Source: an uncultured Lachnospiraceae bacterium (GTDB lineage Bacteria > Bacillota > Clostridia > Lachnospirales > Lachnospiraceae). Taken from it: a stretch of DNA of 44,810 bases. The translations under genes and the position numbers were made by a program. How positions within the stretch are numbered: position 1 is the first letter of the stretch; each line of letters begins with the position of its first letter. The stretch lies in the NCBI GenBank assembly GCA_947565885.1, contig CANOHX010000001.1, positions 1 to 44,810 of the forward strand, read 5' to 3'. The notes beneath the pieces were generated by a model, which worked only from the letters and a program-made list of their open reading frames with translations, did no database searches and was not told the DNA's origin. Positions 19,401-27,905 of the stretch are shown here, piece by piece.

Positions 19401-21747
19401 TCTCATCTTTGAAATAAATGCTGTCTCCCAGCTTTGTGTAATTCTCCATGCCGGTTCCGGTACAGCACCAGAACATATTGGTGGCAGGATCAGAAGTTCC
19501 GAAAAACTTATAGTATCCGGTTGCCATCGGCGTAAAATAGGAGAATGCGCCCTGGGCATTGATTGCTCCCATAATCGCATTGCGCAAGGTATTCTCATAG
19601 TAATCCGCGTATTTCCTGTCGCCCGTAATCTTAAACAGTTCCTTGGAAAGCTTGAGCATATTGTGGGCACAGCAGCTCTCGCAGTTACACTGCGTCCTTG
19701 TTGCATCCAATTCGTTATCGCCGCGGAAATGCTCCATATCACTGGTTCCGCCCGTAATAAACGCATGTTTCTCTACCACCAGCGTCCAGAAATCTTCTGC
19801 ATACTTGAGATAATCCGCTTCATCTGCGTTCTCCACTTCCTTCAGAGCCACATAGCGGTTCAGCGCTCCTAAGAATTTAGGGATTGTCGTGTTGGCATGT
19901 CTGCCTTTTAAGGTGTCGCCGGAACCGGAAAGAATAATATTATATAAATCCGGGTCGTCAAACTTATGCGCTGCATCCTTATGTTCTTCCTTGTGGGTAT
20001 ATTTATACAAGTCATACATACAGTCGTTCATGCCGCCGTACTCTGTATAGGAAACCGTTCTCTGCTGGTCTGCCGTCCACTTGCTGACACGGTTGTATAC
20101 CCAGTCTCCCAGATTGGAAGCCACTTCCAAAGCTTCCGTATTTCCCGTGTATTTGTAAGTGTCCACAAGACCCTGGATGGTCTTATGCAGATTATACCAG
20201 GGAACCCAGGTTGCGCCTTCTGCATCTCCCTGCACAATGTCAAACTGCAGTTCCACATTATTGTCATCGCTTACATTTGCTCCGAACAAAAATCCTTCCT
20301 TGGAACCGCCATAAGTTCCGGCTGCATCCTGACATTCCTTTAAACCGGAAATAATCTCGCCCAGCTTTGCATCCAGTTCCGTGTCCCCGGTCACCTTGAT
20401 GGCCTGGGCTGCCGCCGTCAGGTAATGCCCGATACAATGTCCTGCCAAAAGCCCATTCTCCCAACCGTTATAGCGGGCGGCTCCCCTGGTGTCGATTCCC
20501 GCATTTTCACGGAATCCGACCAACACGCGGTCCACGTCAAATTCCTTCAGAAAACCTACATCCAAATCCTGTGCGCCCTTGTAATAATCATCTGTCACAG
20601 ATACTTCATCCAACCCAAACTGTTGATTTTTGTATGCTGTGTATTGATTTTTTTCCACGACAAAAGGTACGCCTTTCAGTACGGTAATCTTAAACTCCTT
20701 GGTGTCCGTTACCCCTTCATACTCTATCGTTGCGGTCAGCACTACCTCCTTATCCGCATCGGTGGGGCGGGTAACCTTGCCCGTGGTCTTCACCACATTT
20801 TCATCGGAACTTTGCCAGGTAATCGTGCTGCCCTTCTTCCCCTTTGTGGGCAAAGAAACGCTTCCGGTAATCTTATCCATGTCTTTTCCGGCAAACGGAT
20901 TTAGCGCGCCGCAGTCGGCGCTTACAATTTCTTCCGGGCTCAAGACTTTCACATATGCACTGTACAATGCCTTGACCTGCTCTGCCGTCGCTGTCGTACT
21001 GTAAATTTCATACTGGTCGAGATCCAGCATAGCATAGCCGCTGCCATACCCTGGTGAATTAAATCCCAGATACTTATGATCCGTATTATTTGCCTTAATC
21101 CTTGCCTCACTGGTTGCCGGGGTAGATGGGACTACCTCTCCGTTCTTATAAAAGACAACCTTTCCATCCGCACTGCTGAAAGTCACGGCAATATGCACCC
21201 ACTCATCCACCGGAAAAAACTCTGCACGGCTGGTATTGATGGCATACTCCGTCAATTTCTCCTGGTCTGAACCTACGGACAGCTTTAACGGCTGCGTATC
21301 GCTCAGACAGGAGAGATACCAGCCCTGCCCATTCCATAATTGGTTGGGCTTATTCCACATAATAATATGCTCCCCGCTAAGGCTCTTGGTTGCCTTAAGC
21401 CAGAATGATACCGTCATGTTTTCCGGCTGCAGCTTCTCGCTCGTCCCCAAATCAAGATAGGTGCTTCCGTCCAGGGAAAGCGCTGCGCTGTCTACCCCTT
21501 CTGCAAACTTAGCCTCTTTCTTCTGTCCGTCCTTACCATAGGAGGTTACCGGAATTGCATTGTCAGAACTGTCCGTAAGGTTATTGTCAAACTTTAGTTC
21601 CAAAACCTTCGCCGCCGCCAGCGAACTCATATCCGCCCCTGTGTCGTCGCCAGCCGCCTGGGTGCTCAGAGGTTCAAAACATCCCAGCATCATGGCGCCT
21701 GCTAATAGCAGGCTGACTGTTTTTTTCCATAGGAATTTTTTCTTCAT
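16405..21747 (-). CDS. secreted multimodular GH127/GH146 beta-L-arabinofuranosidase-like protein: LamG, Ig-like, catalytic domain, beta-sandwich domains, CBM4/9/22-like, helical repeats, BspA-type LRR tail
   Basis: ATG after AAGGAG and a signal peptide. LamG (EWVHIAVTF), TITWQSS..GKVTRP Ig module, and GWE..GH..GHYL, WYNLHK, EYGGMN, HANTTIPK, ESCCAHNMLK and FWCCTGTG motifs of the Cys/Zn-dependent family. Confidence 0.87.
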   Translation of the reverse strand: MKKKFLWKKTVSLLLAGAMMLGCFEPLSTQAAGDDTGADMSSLAAAKVLELKFDNNLTDSSDNAIPVTSYGKDGQKKEAKFAEGVDSAALSLDGSTYLDLGTSEKLQPENMTVSFWLKATKSLSGEHIIMWNKPNQLWNGQGWYLSCLSDTQPLKLSVGSDQEKLTEYAINTSRAEFFPVDEWVHIAVTFSSADGKVVFYKNGEVVPSTPATSEARIKANNTDHKYLGFNSPGYGSGYAMLDLDQYEIYSTTATAEQVKALYSAYVKVLSPEEIVSADCGALNPFAGKDMDKITGSVSLPTKGKKGSTITWQSSDENVVKTTGKVTRPTDADKEVVLTATIEYEGVTDTKEFKITVLKGVPFVVEKNQYTAYKNQQFGLDEVSVTDDYYKGAQDLDVGFLKEFDVDRVLVGFRENAGIDTRGAARYNGWENGLLAGHCIGHYLTAAAQAIKVTGDTELDAKLGEIISGLKECQDAAGTYGGSKEGFLFGANVSDDNNVELQFDIVQGDAEGATWVPWYNLHKTIQGLVDTYKYTGNTEALEVASNLGDWVYNRVSKWTADQQRTVSYTEYGGMNDCMYDLYKYTHKEEHKDAAHKFDDPDLYNIILSGSGDTLKGRHANTTIPKFLGALNRYVALKEVENADEADYLKYAEDFWTLVVEKHAFITGGTSDMEHFRGDNELDATRTQCNCESCCAHNMLKLSKELFKITGDRKYADYYENTLRNAIMGAINAQGAFSYFTPMATGYYKFFGTSDPATNMFWCCTGTGMENYTKLGDSIYFKDENSLTVNQYVASEVIWEEKNIKLTQNSDVTASDKAEFTVNLLNDAQPVQAELRLRVPDWAAGDVTVKVNGEAAEDNIEEQYVIIDRTWNNNDKVEITYPMEVKAFGLPDNSSVYAFKYGPTVLAAKLGTEEWDDTVWAGANLSAPAYKVVGGEKVRLELTYGKTIKQVLGTETIAIQGKDSTKEFMNNINSKLEKTDGKLEFHIRGTDAESVFGGEGLTFVPFNTLNEERYGIYWYFESAEDASEEKILAEKEEGRFAESIIDSVQPGYQQYENDATHQMKEDKTVFETGVSGLGSTRRAQAGGYFQYNMKVDKNKTNSLVCQFAKEDEGKTIKITIGSTVFNYTVEKYEGADLFFKKLFEIPASEVAAAESLVVGSDTFDIVKVKFESGSATEDSARIVNGLYLMRAYDTDAQLKELTASAGKVKTTSNGYTVQVPSTTERVTLNFKLATSSGLLYIDGKLVNEAKPQVFNLAEGTTILPMKVYAQDHTTSKAYLLNLVRADGLGSGEEIIENGTFDEGNKGNKWVPYGEATLGEGWSTFHEAARSLKVENRKSTSAGAAQDISGKVKAGDTYTIDGWVVFKNGENQNPNPPQEVGFNVSILYGTDETKEVMVSKKVKLNDWGNLCGDYTVPKGADVSKVSILVETEYKENPTNDELVIFFIDDFSMKKVQSADEGDADLVKAVIDKIAAIGKVELTPECKAKINAALTMYELLSEDQKKLVTNVEILTKAEADYKTLEDGGTIGGNPDDNQPGDDKNQQEADKKAAQAVIDKIAAIGKVAYTAQSKSLIDQARAAYNALTAAQKALVNNYNLLTAAEASYQQLQVQADNAAVKGKVYGVSGYSYKVTDVNKKTVTVVGITNKNSKKIKVGNTVKIGNITFKITDVGASAFKNCKKATSATVGANVKTIGANAFAGCKNLKSVKISSKNLTSIGKKAFFGDGSLKTITIKSAKLKKVGAKAFSGINKKAKIKVPAKKLKAYKKLLKNKGQKKSVKITK

Positions 21748-21807
21748 ATTCACTCCTTCTCCTTTTTTATAATATATAAGACTATTTTATTGGATATATC
21801 ATATGAA

Positions 21808-21827
21808 TTCACCCCCACAAACTAAAG
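21808..21827. promoter_or_regulatory. 20-bp motif shared upstream of both large glycoside hydrolase genes (copy 2)
   Basis: TTCACCCCCACAAACTAAAG; on the minus strand TTGTGG is followed 16 nt later by TG-extended TATATC. Confidence 0.55.
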
Positions 21828-21901
21828 TTTTTTATACTTTTTTAATAAAAATTCTTTAATTATTAACATTTTTAGTAAATTCCCATAGTTGTTTTGGTCA
21901 A

Positions 21902-21957
21902 AAAAACAGTGTAGATTACTTAATTTTTAGTAAAATAAGATAATCCACACTATTTTT
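21902..21957. terminator. AT-rich hairpin, probable terminator of the glutamate-synthase-like gene
   Basis: AAAAACAGTGTAGATTA..TAATCCACACTATTTTT imperfect inverted repeat with T tracts. Confidence 0.45.
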
Positions 21958-22022
21958 ATGAAAATGCTGATTAAATCCGTATGCCCTTAACTACTTCGTT
22001 GGATGCGCACGAAATGATTGCC

Positions 22023-23429
22023 TTATGCATGGGGAATATTCGTAAACTCCGAAATCTCCCGGTCCAGCGTCACCAAATCATCCACGCTCAAGTCATGCAC
22101 ACAGCTATGACCGGTAATCCGTGCAAAAGTCTTCAGCTCCTCGCGCGTCACATTGAGGTAATTTGCCACCCGCTGTGAAGCCTGTTCCACTTTCAGCCGT
22201 TCCCTCAGCTTTGGATCCTGCGTGGCGATGCCTACCGGGCAATTGCCAGAACCGCAGATACGGTACTGCTGGCAGGCTGCTGCAATCAATGCTGCGCTTG
22301 CCACTGCCACGGCATCGGCGCCCATAGCCAGCGCTTTTGCTACATCCGCCGACACGCGCAAGCCCCCGGTAATCACAAGTGAGATGTCCGAGCGCACTGC
22401 ATCCAGATACTTCCGTGCACGGTAGAGCGCATAGACCGTGGGAACAGAAGTTGCCTCGCGCAGAAGCAATGGACTCGAACCAGTCGCCCCGCCCCTGCCA
22501 TCAATTGTTATAAAGTCCGGTTCGGCATGAACACAGAATTCCAAATCACGCTCAATGCGTCCGGCAGCAATCTTTATGCCAATCGGTCTGCCGTCCGAAC
22601 GGCTGCGCAGCATGGTTACCATATCCTTCAAATCTTCTTTGGAATTGAGTTCTGGGAACTTGCTGGGGCTTTGGACATCTTCGCCCTGTTTCTTTCCGCG
22701 CAGTTCGGCAATCTCCGCCGTCACTTTCTCCCCTGGCAGATGGCCGCCCATGCCAGGCTTCGTCCCCTGTCCGATTTTGATTTCAATGGCATCGGCATCG
22801 CGCAGGTTTTCATCCGTCACGCTGTATTTATTGGGAATATACTCAAATATGTATTTATAGGAAGCTGCCCGCTCCTCCGGCAGGATACCGCCTTCTCCGC
22901 TGCACATCGCCGTCCGCGCCATTGCCGAGCCTTTCGCCAAAGCCACTTTGATTTCCTTCGACAGTGCGCCAAACGACATATGGGAAACATATACCGGGCT
23001 GTCGAGAATCATCGGCTTCTTGGCATGTTTGCCAATCACGGTCATCGTGCTTACCGCTTCATCCTCATCAAGGGGCGGCGGGTTCAGCTGCGCTCCCAGC
23101 AATAAAATATCATCCCAGGATGGCATTGCCATCTTCGTCCCCATAGCGCCGCTGATAGTCCTGCCAGTCACTGCCATCTGATGGATTTCTTCCATGTATC
23201 GGCAAGATTCATCATTTCGGTACAGTTGTTTGTCATAACTCAATTCCATCGAGGAGACGTCTTCCTGTTCCTCGGCTTTCCCGCTGACCAAGTCCATTGT
23301 GCTCACACTGCCCCTCTCCAAAGGCTCTTCTTTAAATTTCTCCTGCGGCTGGTGGCAGACGGGGCACTCCTCGGGTGCGCTCTCCCCCTCATAGACATAA
23401 CCGCAGACACTGCAGACAAATCTCTTCAT
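22023..23429 (-). CDS. rubredoxin-like domain fused to a glutamate synthase FMN-binding domain
   Basis: Start [10 protein letters not shown] after AAGGAG; CxxC..CPVC; [40 protein letters not shown] and [15 protein letters not shown]. No amidotransferase domain. Confidence 0.87.
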   Translation of the reverse strand: MKRFVCSVCGYVYEGESAPEECPVCHQPQEKFKEEPLERGSVSTMDLVSGKAEEQEDVSSMELSYDKQLYRNDESCRYMEEIHQMAVTGRTISGAMGTKMAMPSWDDILLLGAQLNPPPLDEDEAVSTMTVIGKHAKKPMILDSPVYVSHMSFGALSKEIKVALAKGSAMARTAMCSGEGGILPEERAASYKYIFEYIPNKYSVTDENLRDADAIEIKIGQGTKPGMGGHLPGEKVTAEIAELRGKKQGEDVQSPSKFPELNSKEDLKDMVTMLRSRSDGRPIGIKIAAGRIERDLEFCVHAEPDFITIDGRGGATGSSPLLLREATSVPTVYALYRARKYLDAVRSDISLVITGGLRVSADVAKALAMGADAVAVASAALIAAACQQYRICGSGNCPVGIATQDPKLRERLKVEQASQRVANYLNVTREELKTFARITGHSCVHDLSVDDLVTLDREISEFTNIPHA

Positions 23430-23463
23430 ATGCTTCTCCTTTCCTATGCGCACTCCGGCGCGT

Positions 23464-23492
23464 ATAATATCTGTCGATATTATACCATGTCT
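23464..23492 (-). promoter_or_regulatory. extended -10 promoter (TGGTATAAT) whose -10 box lies in an inverted repeat
   Basis: Minus strand TTGTGG-17 nt-TATAAT; GTATAATATC/GATATTATAC palindrome. Confidence 0.5.
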
Positions 23493-23533
23493 GCCAATGA
23501 GCCACAATAGATTTTCCAGGCAATTGGCATTCC

Positions 23534-25582
23534 TCACTGGCTGACAAGTACTCTGTATTTGTGCCCTGCAGCCTGTTCCTCAAGAATCGCTGCCTGTTCC
23601 TCATTGACCCAAACCTCCTGCAAGTTTTTGCATCCTGACAACGGCGTTAAATCCATAACCCCTGTTTCGTCAATACCGAGAAGCCTTAGATCGGTCAATT
23701 TCCCAACCACGGAAATATCCTCGATTCCCACGCAGGAAAGCGACAGGTTCGACAGTTTTTCCAGCGATGACAGCGATGATAAATCGGGCGCATACATGGA
23801 ATGGATAACCAACGCTTCCAAATTTTTCAGGGGTTCCAGAAATTCCAGGCTTGTCTTATAGTAATTGTAAATCTCCAGCGCCCTCAGGTCTGTAAGATGG
23901 GATATCTCCTCCTCCATCTCTATATCCGGATCCCATACCAGAAGCTGCATGAGATTTGGCATTTCTCCCAAAAACGTATAATCTCCATTTACCACATTCA
24001 GCCTACGGATTCCTATCTGTTCCACTGAAGAACCCCTGAGGCAATCCAGATTTGCAACGGTATTCTCGTTCATAACCAAGGCTTTCAGCTTGGAACATTG
24101 GGAAAAATCAGGCAGATATCGGATAGGATTGTTGGAGATGAAGAGTTCCTTTAGCTGCGGCAGCTTTTCCACCACCCGAAAATCTTCAATCTGATTGCCC
24201 GACAGATACAATTTGCGGATAGGAAGCCCTGCCAATACCTCAATATCCGTTATTTGCTGGTTATACAGATAGACCTCAGAAAGATTCGGCATGTCTCCAA
24301 GCATACTGATATCCGAAATTGTCCCGCTGCCGCCATTGCCCAAAAAATATTCATCAGAATGGAACATATTTGTCAACTCAAAATTTTCCGTCATATCATA
24401 TACCGTGGTTCCAATCACGGCAATACGCACGACATTCTGCAAATCTTCCTCACTCACAGTGTCTTTATTCAGGGAGGCTGCCGCTGCCTGATACAGCAAA
24501 TCATCACCACCTTGCCGCGCCGCTGTCCTGGCTTCCTGCTGGTCTGGCTGCCGCACCGCCGTTCCAGCTTTCTGCCGGTCTGGCTGCTGCATCGCCGTAC
24601 CCTCTTCCTGCTGTCCTACCTGTTTTTGCACTTCCTTTTGTATAAGAAATTCCACAGACTGCTCCAGCCAAAGCTTCCCTATGAAAATACCTGCCAGAAA
24701 TACAATCAGAAAAGATGCTGCATTTGACAGAATACGCAGCATTTTTTTCTTTCTGTCCGGGTTCGCTTTTCTCTGTTCCGCTGCCAGCCGCCGTTTTACC
24801 TCCTGCATGGACTGGTACCGTTTCCCCGGGTCAAAAGCGCAGCATTTCCTCACAACGGCGCCAAGCCTGCCTTGCAAATATCCATTGCCTTCCACCTGAT
24901 AGTCTCCTGTCAGAAGATAGCAGAGAACTTTGCCAAACGCATAGATGTCTGTCCTCGCGTCGGTCTGCGCATATCCATATTGTTCCGGCGCAGCCGTTGC
25001 CTCTGTACCATAAAATTTCGTGTCTCTTTGCTTCTTACTGTCATAATCCCGGGATGTCTCAAAATCTATTAGATGGACTGTGCCGCACCTGTCCAGTATC
25101 AGATTCTGTGGCTTAATGTCCCGGTGAATCATAGGTGGGTGAAGATGATGGAGCTTAATCAGTATATCGCAGACTTGGATGGCTATGCCCAATACCTCCT
25201 GTTTCTCCAAAACCGGATTCCGTTCCAGATACTCCTCCAGATTCTGCCCCTCAATATATCTGCGCAGCAGATACTCTTTCTCACCTTCCGTCCAGTACGA
25301 AACTTGCGCCTCAGGCCATCCCTGCCGCCCTTGCTTTTCTAATCTGCGAATACGCGCCTGCTGTCTCTGCTCCACGCTCAGGGTCCCATTCTGCCCAGCA
25401 TTTCCGCACTTGAGCAGATACTTTTCCCCAGTTTCCTTGCTGCGCAAAAGAAAACTGGCATGTGTCTCTGAAACGTGTATACATGCCAGCAATTCAAACT
25501 GCCGCTTTAACCGCTCGGGCAGTATTTCCCCATTCAATTGTTCCTCACCATATTTTTGGATAAACTCTTTTGTCCCATCCAT
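23534..25582 (-). CDS. membrane-anchored Hanks-type Ser/Thr kinase with a C-terminal internalin-like LRR domain
   Basis: [18 protein letters not shown]...AAPEQYG and DIYAFG motifs; [19 protein letters not shown]; about 10 LxxLxLxxNxIxD repeats. Confidence 0.88.
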   Translation of the reverse strand: MDGTKEFIQKYGEEQLNGEILPERLKRQFELLACIHVSETHASFLLRSKETGEKYLLKCGNAGQNGTLSVEQRQQARIRRLEKQGRQGWPEAQVSYWTEGEKEYLLRRYIEGQNLEEYLERNPVLEKQEVLGIAIQVCDILIKLHHLHPPMIHRDIKPQNLILDRCGTVHLIDFETSRDYDSKKQRDTKFYGTEATAAPEQYGYAQTDARTDIYAFGKVLCYLLTGDYQVEGNGYLQGRLGAVVRKCCAFDPGKRYQSMQEVKRRLAAEQRKANPDRKKKMLRILSNAASFLIVFLAGIFIGKLWLEQSVEFLIQKEVQKQVGQQEEGTAMQQPDRQKAGTAVRQPDQQEARTAARQGGDDLLYQAAAASLNKDTVSEEDLQNVVRIAVIGTTVYDMTENFELTNMFHSDEYFLGNGGSGTISDISMLGDMPNLSEVYLYNQQITDIEVLAGLPIRKLYLSGNQIEDFRVVEKLPQLKELFISNNPIRYLPDFSQCSKLKALVMNENTVANLDCLRGSSVEQIGIRRLNVVNGDYTFLGEMPNLMQLLVWDPDIEMEEEISHLTDLRALEIYNYYKTSLEFLEPLKNLEALVIHSMYAPDLSSLSSLEKLSNLSLSCVGIEDISVVGKLTDLRLLGIDETGVMDLTPLSGCKNLQEVWVNEEQAAILEEQAAGHKYRVLVSQ
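24513..24620 (-). repeat. 36-bp coding tandem repeat (3 degenerate copies) in the kinase juxtamembrane linker
   Basis: [12 protein letters not shown] / [12 protein letters not shown] units. Confidence 0.75.
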
Positions 25583-25651
25583 AAACTATCCCTCATGCCT
25601 CTGCCATAAATCTTCAAACTGCCATGTCTCATTGCTCGTGGGAATAAATCT

Positions 25652-26062
25652 TCAGAATAATGACTTCTCTCCTACTTCCGCCAGCAGGTCCTCTACCTCC
25701 TCTATACAGTAACAATGTTCCACGCCATAGATAATTGCCGCATCAAAACGGATTCTCGGATAGAGTTCCTGCTTCTGCCCCATTCTTAACAGCTGCTGCG
25801 TCTCCTCTAACGTCAGTCCAAATATAATTGCAAAACGCAAAAGGATAATCCTCGTGGGCTTCCTCCTCCCATTAAATATCTGGTAGCCATAAGACGGTTC
25901 CAGCAAGAGCAGATCGATGGCGCGTTTTATCTCAACATGCTTTTTTGCCAAAATATCTTTCATCATCCCGCTGACGTCCATGTTTTCTTCTTTCAGGCTG
26001 TCCACAAATTCTTCTCTCGGCGCTCTCTTTATCAGATTCATCAATTCATTCGTACTTTTCAT
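25652..26062 (-). CDS. 136-aa XRE-like helix-turn-helix protein
   Basis: ATG after AGGAGG; SYGYQIFNGRRKPTRIILLRFAIIFGLTLEETQQLL resembles an XRE recognition helix and tail. Confidence 0.7.
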   Translation of the reverse strand: MKSTNELMNLIKRAPREEFVDSLKEENMDVSGMMKDILAKKHVEIKRAIDLLLLEPSYGYQIFNGRRKPTRIILLRFAIIFGLTLEETQQLLRMGQKQELYPRIRFDAAIIYGVEHCYCIEEVEDLLAEVGEKSLF

Positions 26063-26159
26063 GTATTTTACATTCCTCCTGATGGTCCCTGATAAAATTC
26101 TACCACAAAATCCGCAAAAACTTGTGTGCAATTTTGCACATTTTCCTTTCCATTTGCAG

Positions 26160-26251
26160 CTGCCTCCCTGCAATCTGCTGCCATCAGCCAATCAGCGCCT
26201 GTCTCCCTGCAATCTGCTGCCATCAGCCAATCAATACCTGCTTCCCTTCAA
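26160..26251. repeat. 39-bp tandem duplication of the 3' end of the AAA/PD-(D/E)XK gene
   Basis: TCTGCTGCCATCAGCCAATCA.. at 26174 and 26213 plus a partial unit at 26160; the stop codon lies inside the unit. Confidence 0.85.
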
Positions 26252-27905
26252 ATGCAAAACCATATTTTTTTATCTTGTCTGCTGCAAATCCTTTCTCCTC
26301 CAGCGTGGCTGCATATCTCTTATCCTCAATCTGCTGCAATGCCGCGGCAACCGCCTCCTCCAGATCCTTTTCCTTCCTTGGATTGTATACCTTGAATTCC
26401 AGAATGATTGCATCGTCCTCCTGATTGCGCGGCTCCAGCATCACGTCATACCTGCCAAAGCCGCTCTCACGGTTGGAGGTCAGCGTATAGCGGTCTGCGA
26501 GCTCCACCATCAGCCCCAGCACAAAGCCATGGTAAAAGCGTTCCGGCTCCGCGCCGCCCCCCGTGTCAAAATAGCTGAACATTTTCATCGCCACCCGGTT
26601 CATATAGACGTTCATTGCATCCACATCTTCCTGCAGTAACGCCTGGATGAAATCATTATAGTTGGACTCTTCCCTGGCAAACCACCCACGCACCATGCTG
26701 TAAAACATCCTCCGCGTCTCATAGTTCACCAGCGTCAGCTCATACATGGGGTCATTGCACGTCTCCATCAGCTCTTCCCGCTCCATATCCAGCACCTTTA
26801 GGTAGCCGCTTGCCAGAAGCAGGCTCCAGACTGCCGTCTCGTTGTTGTCCAGCTGGCTAAAGACAATCTGCTCATCAATCGGGCATCTCAGATGTTCCCC
26901 TTTCAGCAGCTTCTCAAAAGACAGTTTAATCCGCCTGCTTCCTTCCCGGATCACTTTCCCCACTAAGCTGTTCGCACTCGTATTCGCCCAATATGCGCCG
27001 TATTTCCCAGTATCCAAAAAATTCAGGATTGACCATGGATTATAAATATCCTGGACATCCCCAAAGATAAAACCGTCGTACCAGCGCTTTACCTGCTCTT
27101 TTTCCTTTTCCAAACCACACTCTTCCAGGGCAGCGAAAACCTCCTGTTCCGTAAATCCAAAAGAGGTTGCATATTCATTTGACGTAGATGTAACCACTTT
27201 CAGATTGTTTAAGTCTGAGAAAATGGATTCCTTGCTGACCCTGGTAATCCCAGTCATAACAGCACGCCCCAGCCAGGGATTCGTCTTACATGTGGAATTG
27301 AACAGACTCCTGATAAATGATACCATCTGTTCCCAATATCCGCCCACATAGGCTTCCTGCATCGGCGTATCGTACTCATCCAGCAGGATAATGACTTTCT
27401 CTCCATAATAAAGATACAGATACTTGGACAAGTAATGCAATGACAAGGTCGCGCTCACGTCATCCATATCCATGGAAACCCTCCTGAAAAATTCCTTATC
27501 TTTCTCCTCCAGCACATCACTTTCCAACAGAAAAGAATTCGCTATGAACGCCTCTGCCAGTATGATGCAGATTTTTTTCCTGGCATCCGCATAATTCGTC
27601 TCTTTTACATTGGCAAAAGATAGGCTGATAACCGGATATGTCCCCTGGATCTTCCGGTAATTTTCATCCTCCAAGATAGACAGACTCTCAAATAAATCTG
27701 CCCTCCCCTCATATTTATTGGAAAAAAAGCACTCCAGCATACTCATGTTGAGCGTCTTGCCGAAACGCCGCGGGCGGGTAACCAGCGTGACGCTGTCCCC
27801 ACTCTCCCACCATTCCTTGATAAATTCCGTCTTATCAATATAAAAATAACCATTTTCTATAATCCTATCGAAATTTTGGATACCAATTGCAACTGTCCGT
27901 GCCAT
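26223..27905 (-). CDS. AAA-ATPase-like domain + PD-(D/E)XK nuclease (DUF1703/PDDEXK_9 type), copy 1
   Basis: YIDKT, Walker A TRPRRFGKT, Walker B LLDEYD, YNPWS, YWANT, ERFYHG, SNRESGFGRYD, ILEFK and ALQQI..KRY. Confidence 0.9.
   Translation of the reverse strand: MARTVAIGIQNFDRIIENGYFYIDKTEFIKEWWESGDSVTLVTRPRRFGKTLNMSMLECFFSNKYEGRADLFESLSILEDENYRKIQGTYPVISLSFANVKETNYADARKKICIILAEAFIANSFLLESDVLEEKDKEFFRRVSMDMDDVSATLSLHYLSKYLYLYYGEKVIILLDEYDTPMQEAYVGGYWEQMVSFIRSLFNSTCKTNPWLGRAVMTGITRVSKESIFSDLNNLKVVTSTSNEYATSFGFTEQEVFAALEECGLEKEKEQVKRWYDGFIFGDVQDIYNPWSILNFLDTGKYGAYWANTSANSLVGKVIREGSRRIKLSFEKLLKGEHLRCPIDEQIVFSQLDNNETAVWSLLLASGYLKVLDMEREELMETCNDPMYELTLVNYETRRMFYSMVRGWFAREESNYNDFIQALLQEDVDAMNVYMNRVAMKMFSYFDTGGGAEPERFYHGFVLGLMVELADRYTLTSNRESGFGRYDVMLEPRNQEDDAIILEFKVYNPRKEKDLEEAVAAALQQIEDKRYAATLEEKGFAADKIKKYGFAFEGKQVLIG

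Noticed and set aside
23430-23537. N-terminal extensions in the ORF track (also the starts at 15773, 26191, 33802, 36890, 39241 and 41398)
   Set aside because: Downstream starts have clear Shine-Dalgarno sequences, and the extensions overlap promoters or terminators.
25606-25654. Fifth gene-end duplication at the HTH gene stop (ATAAATCTTCA twice, 38 nt apart)
   Set aside because: Only 11 nt match and the rest of the unit does not align. Suggestive but insufficient.
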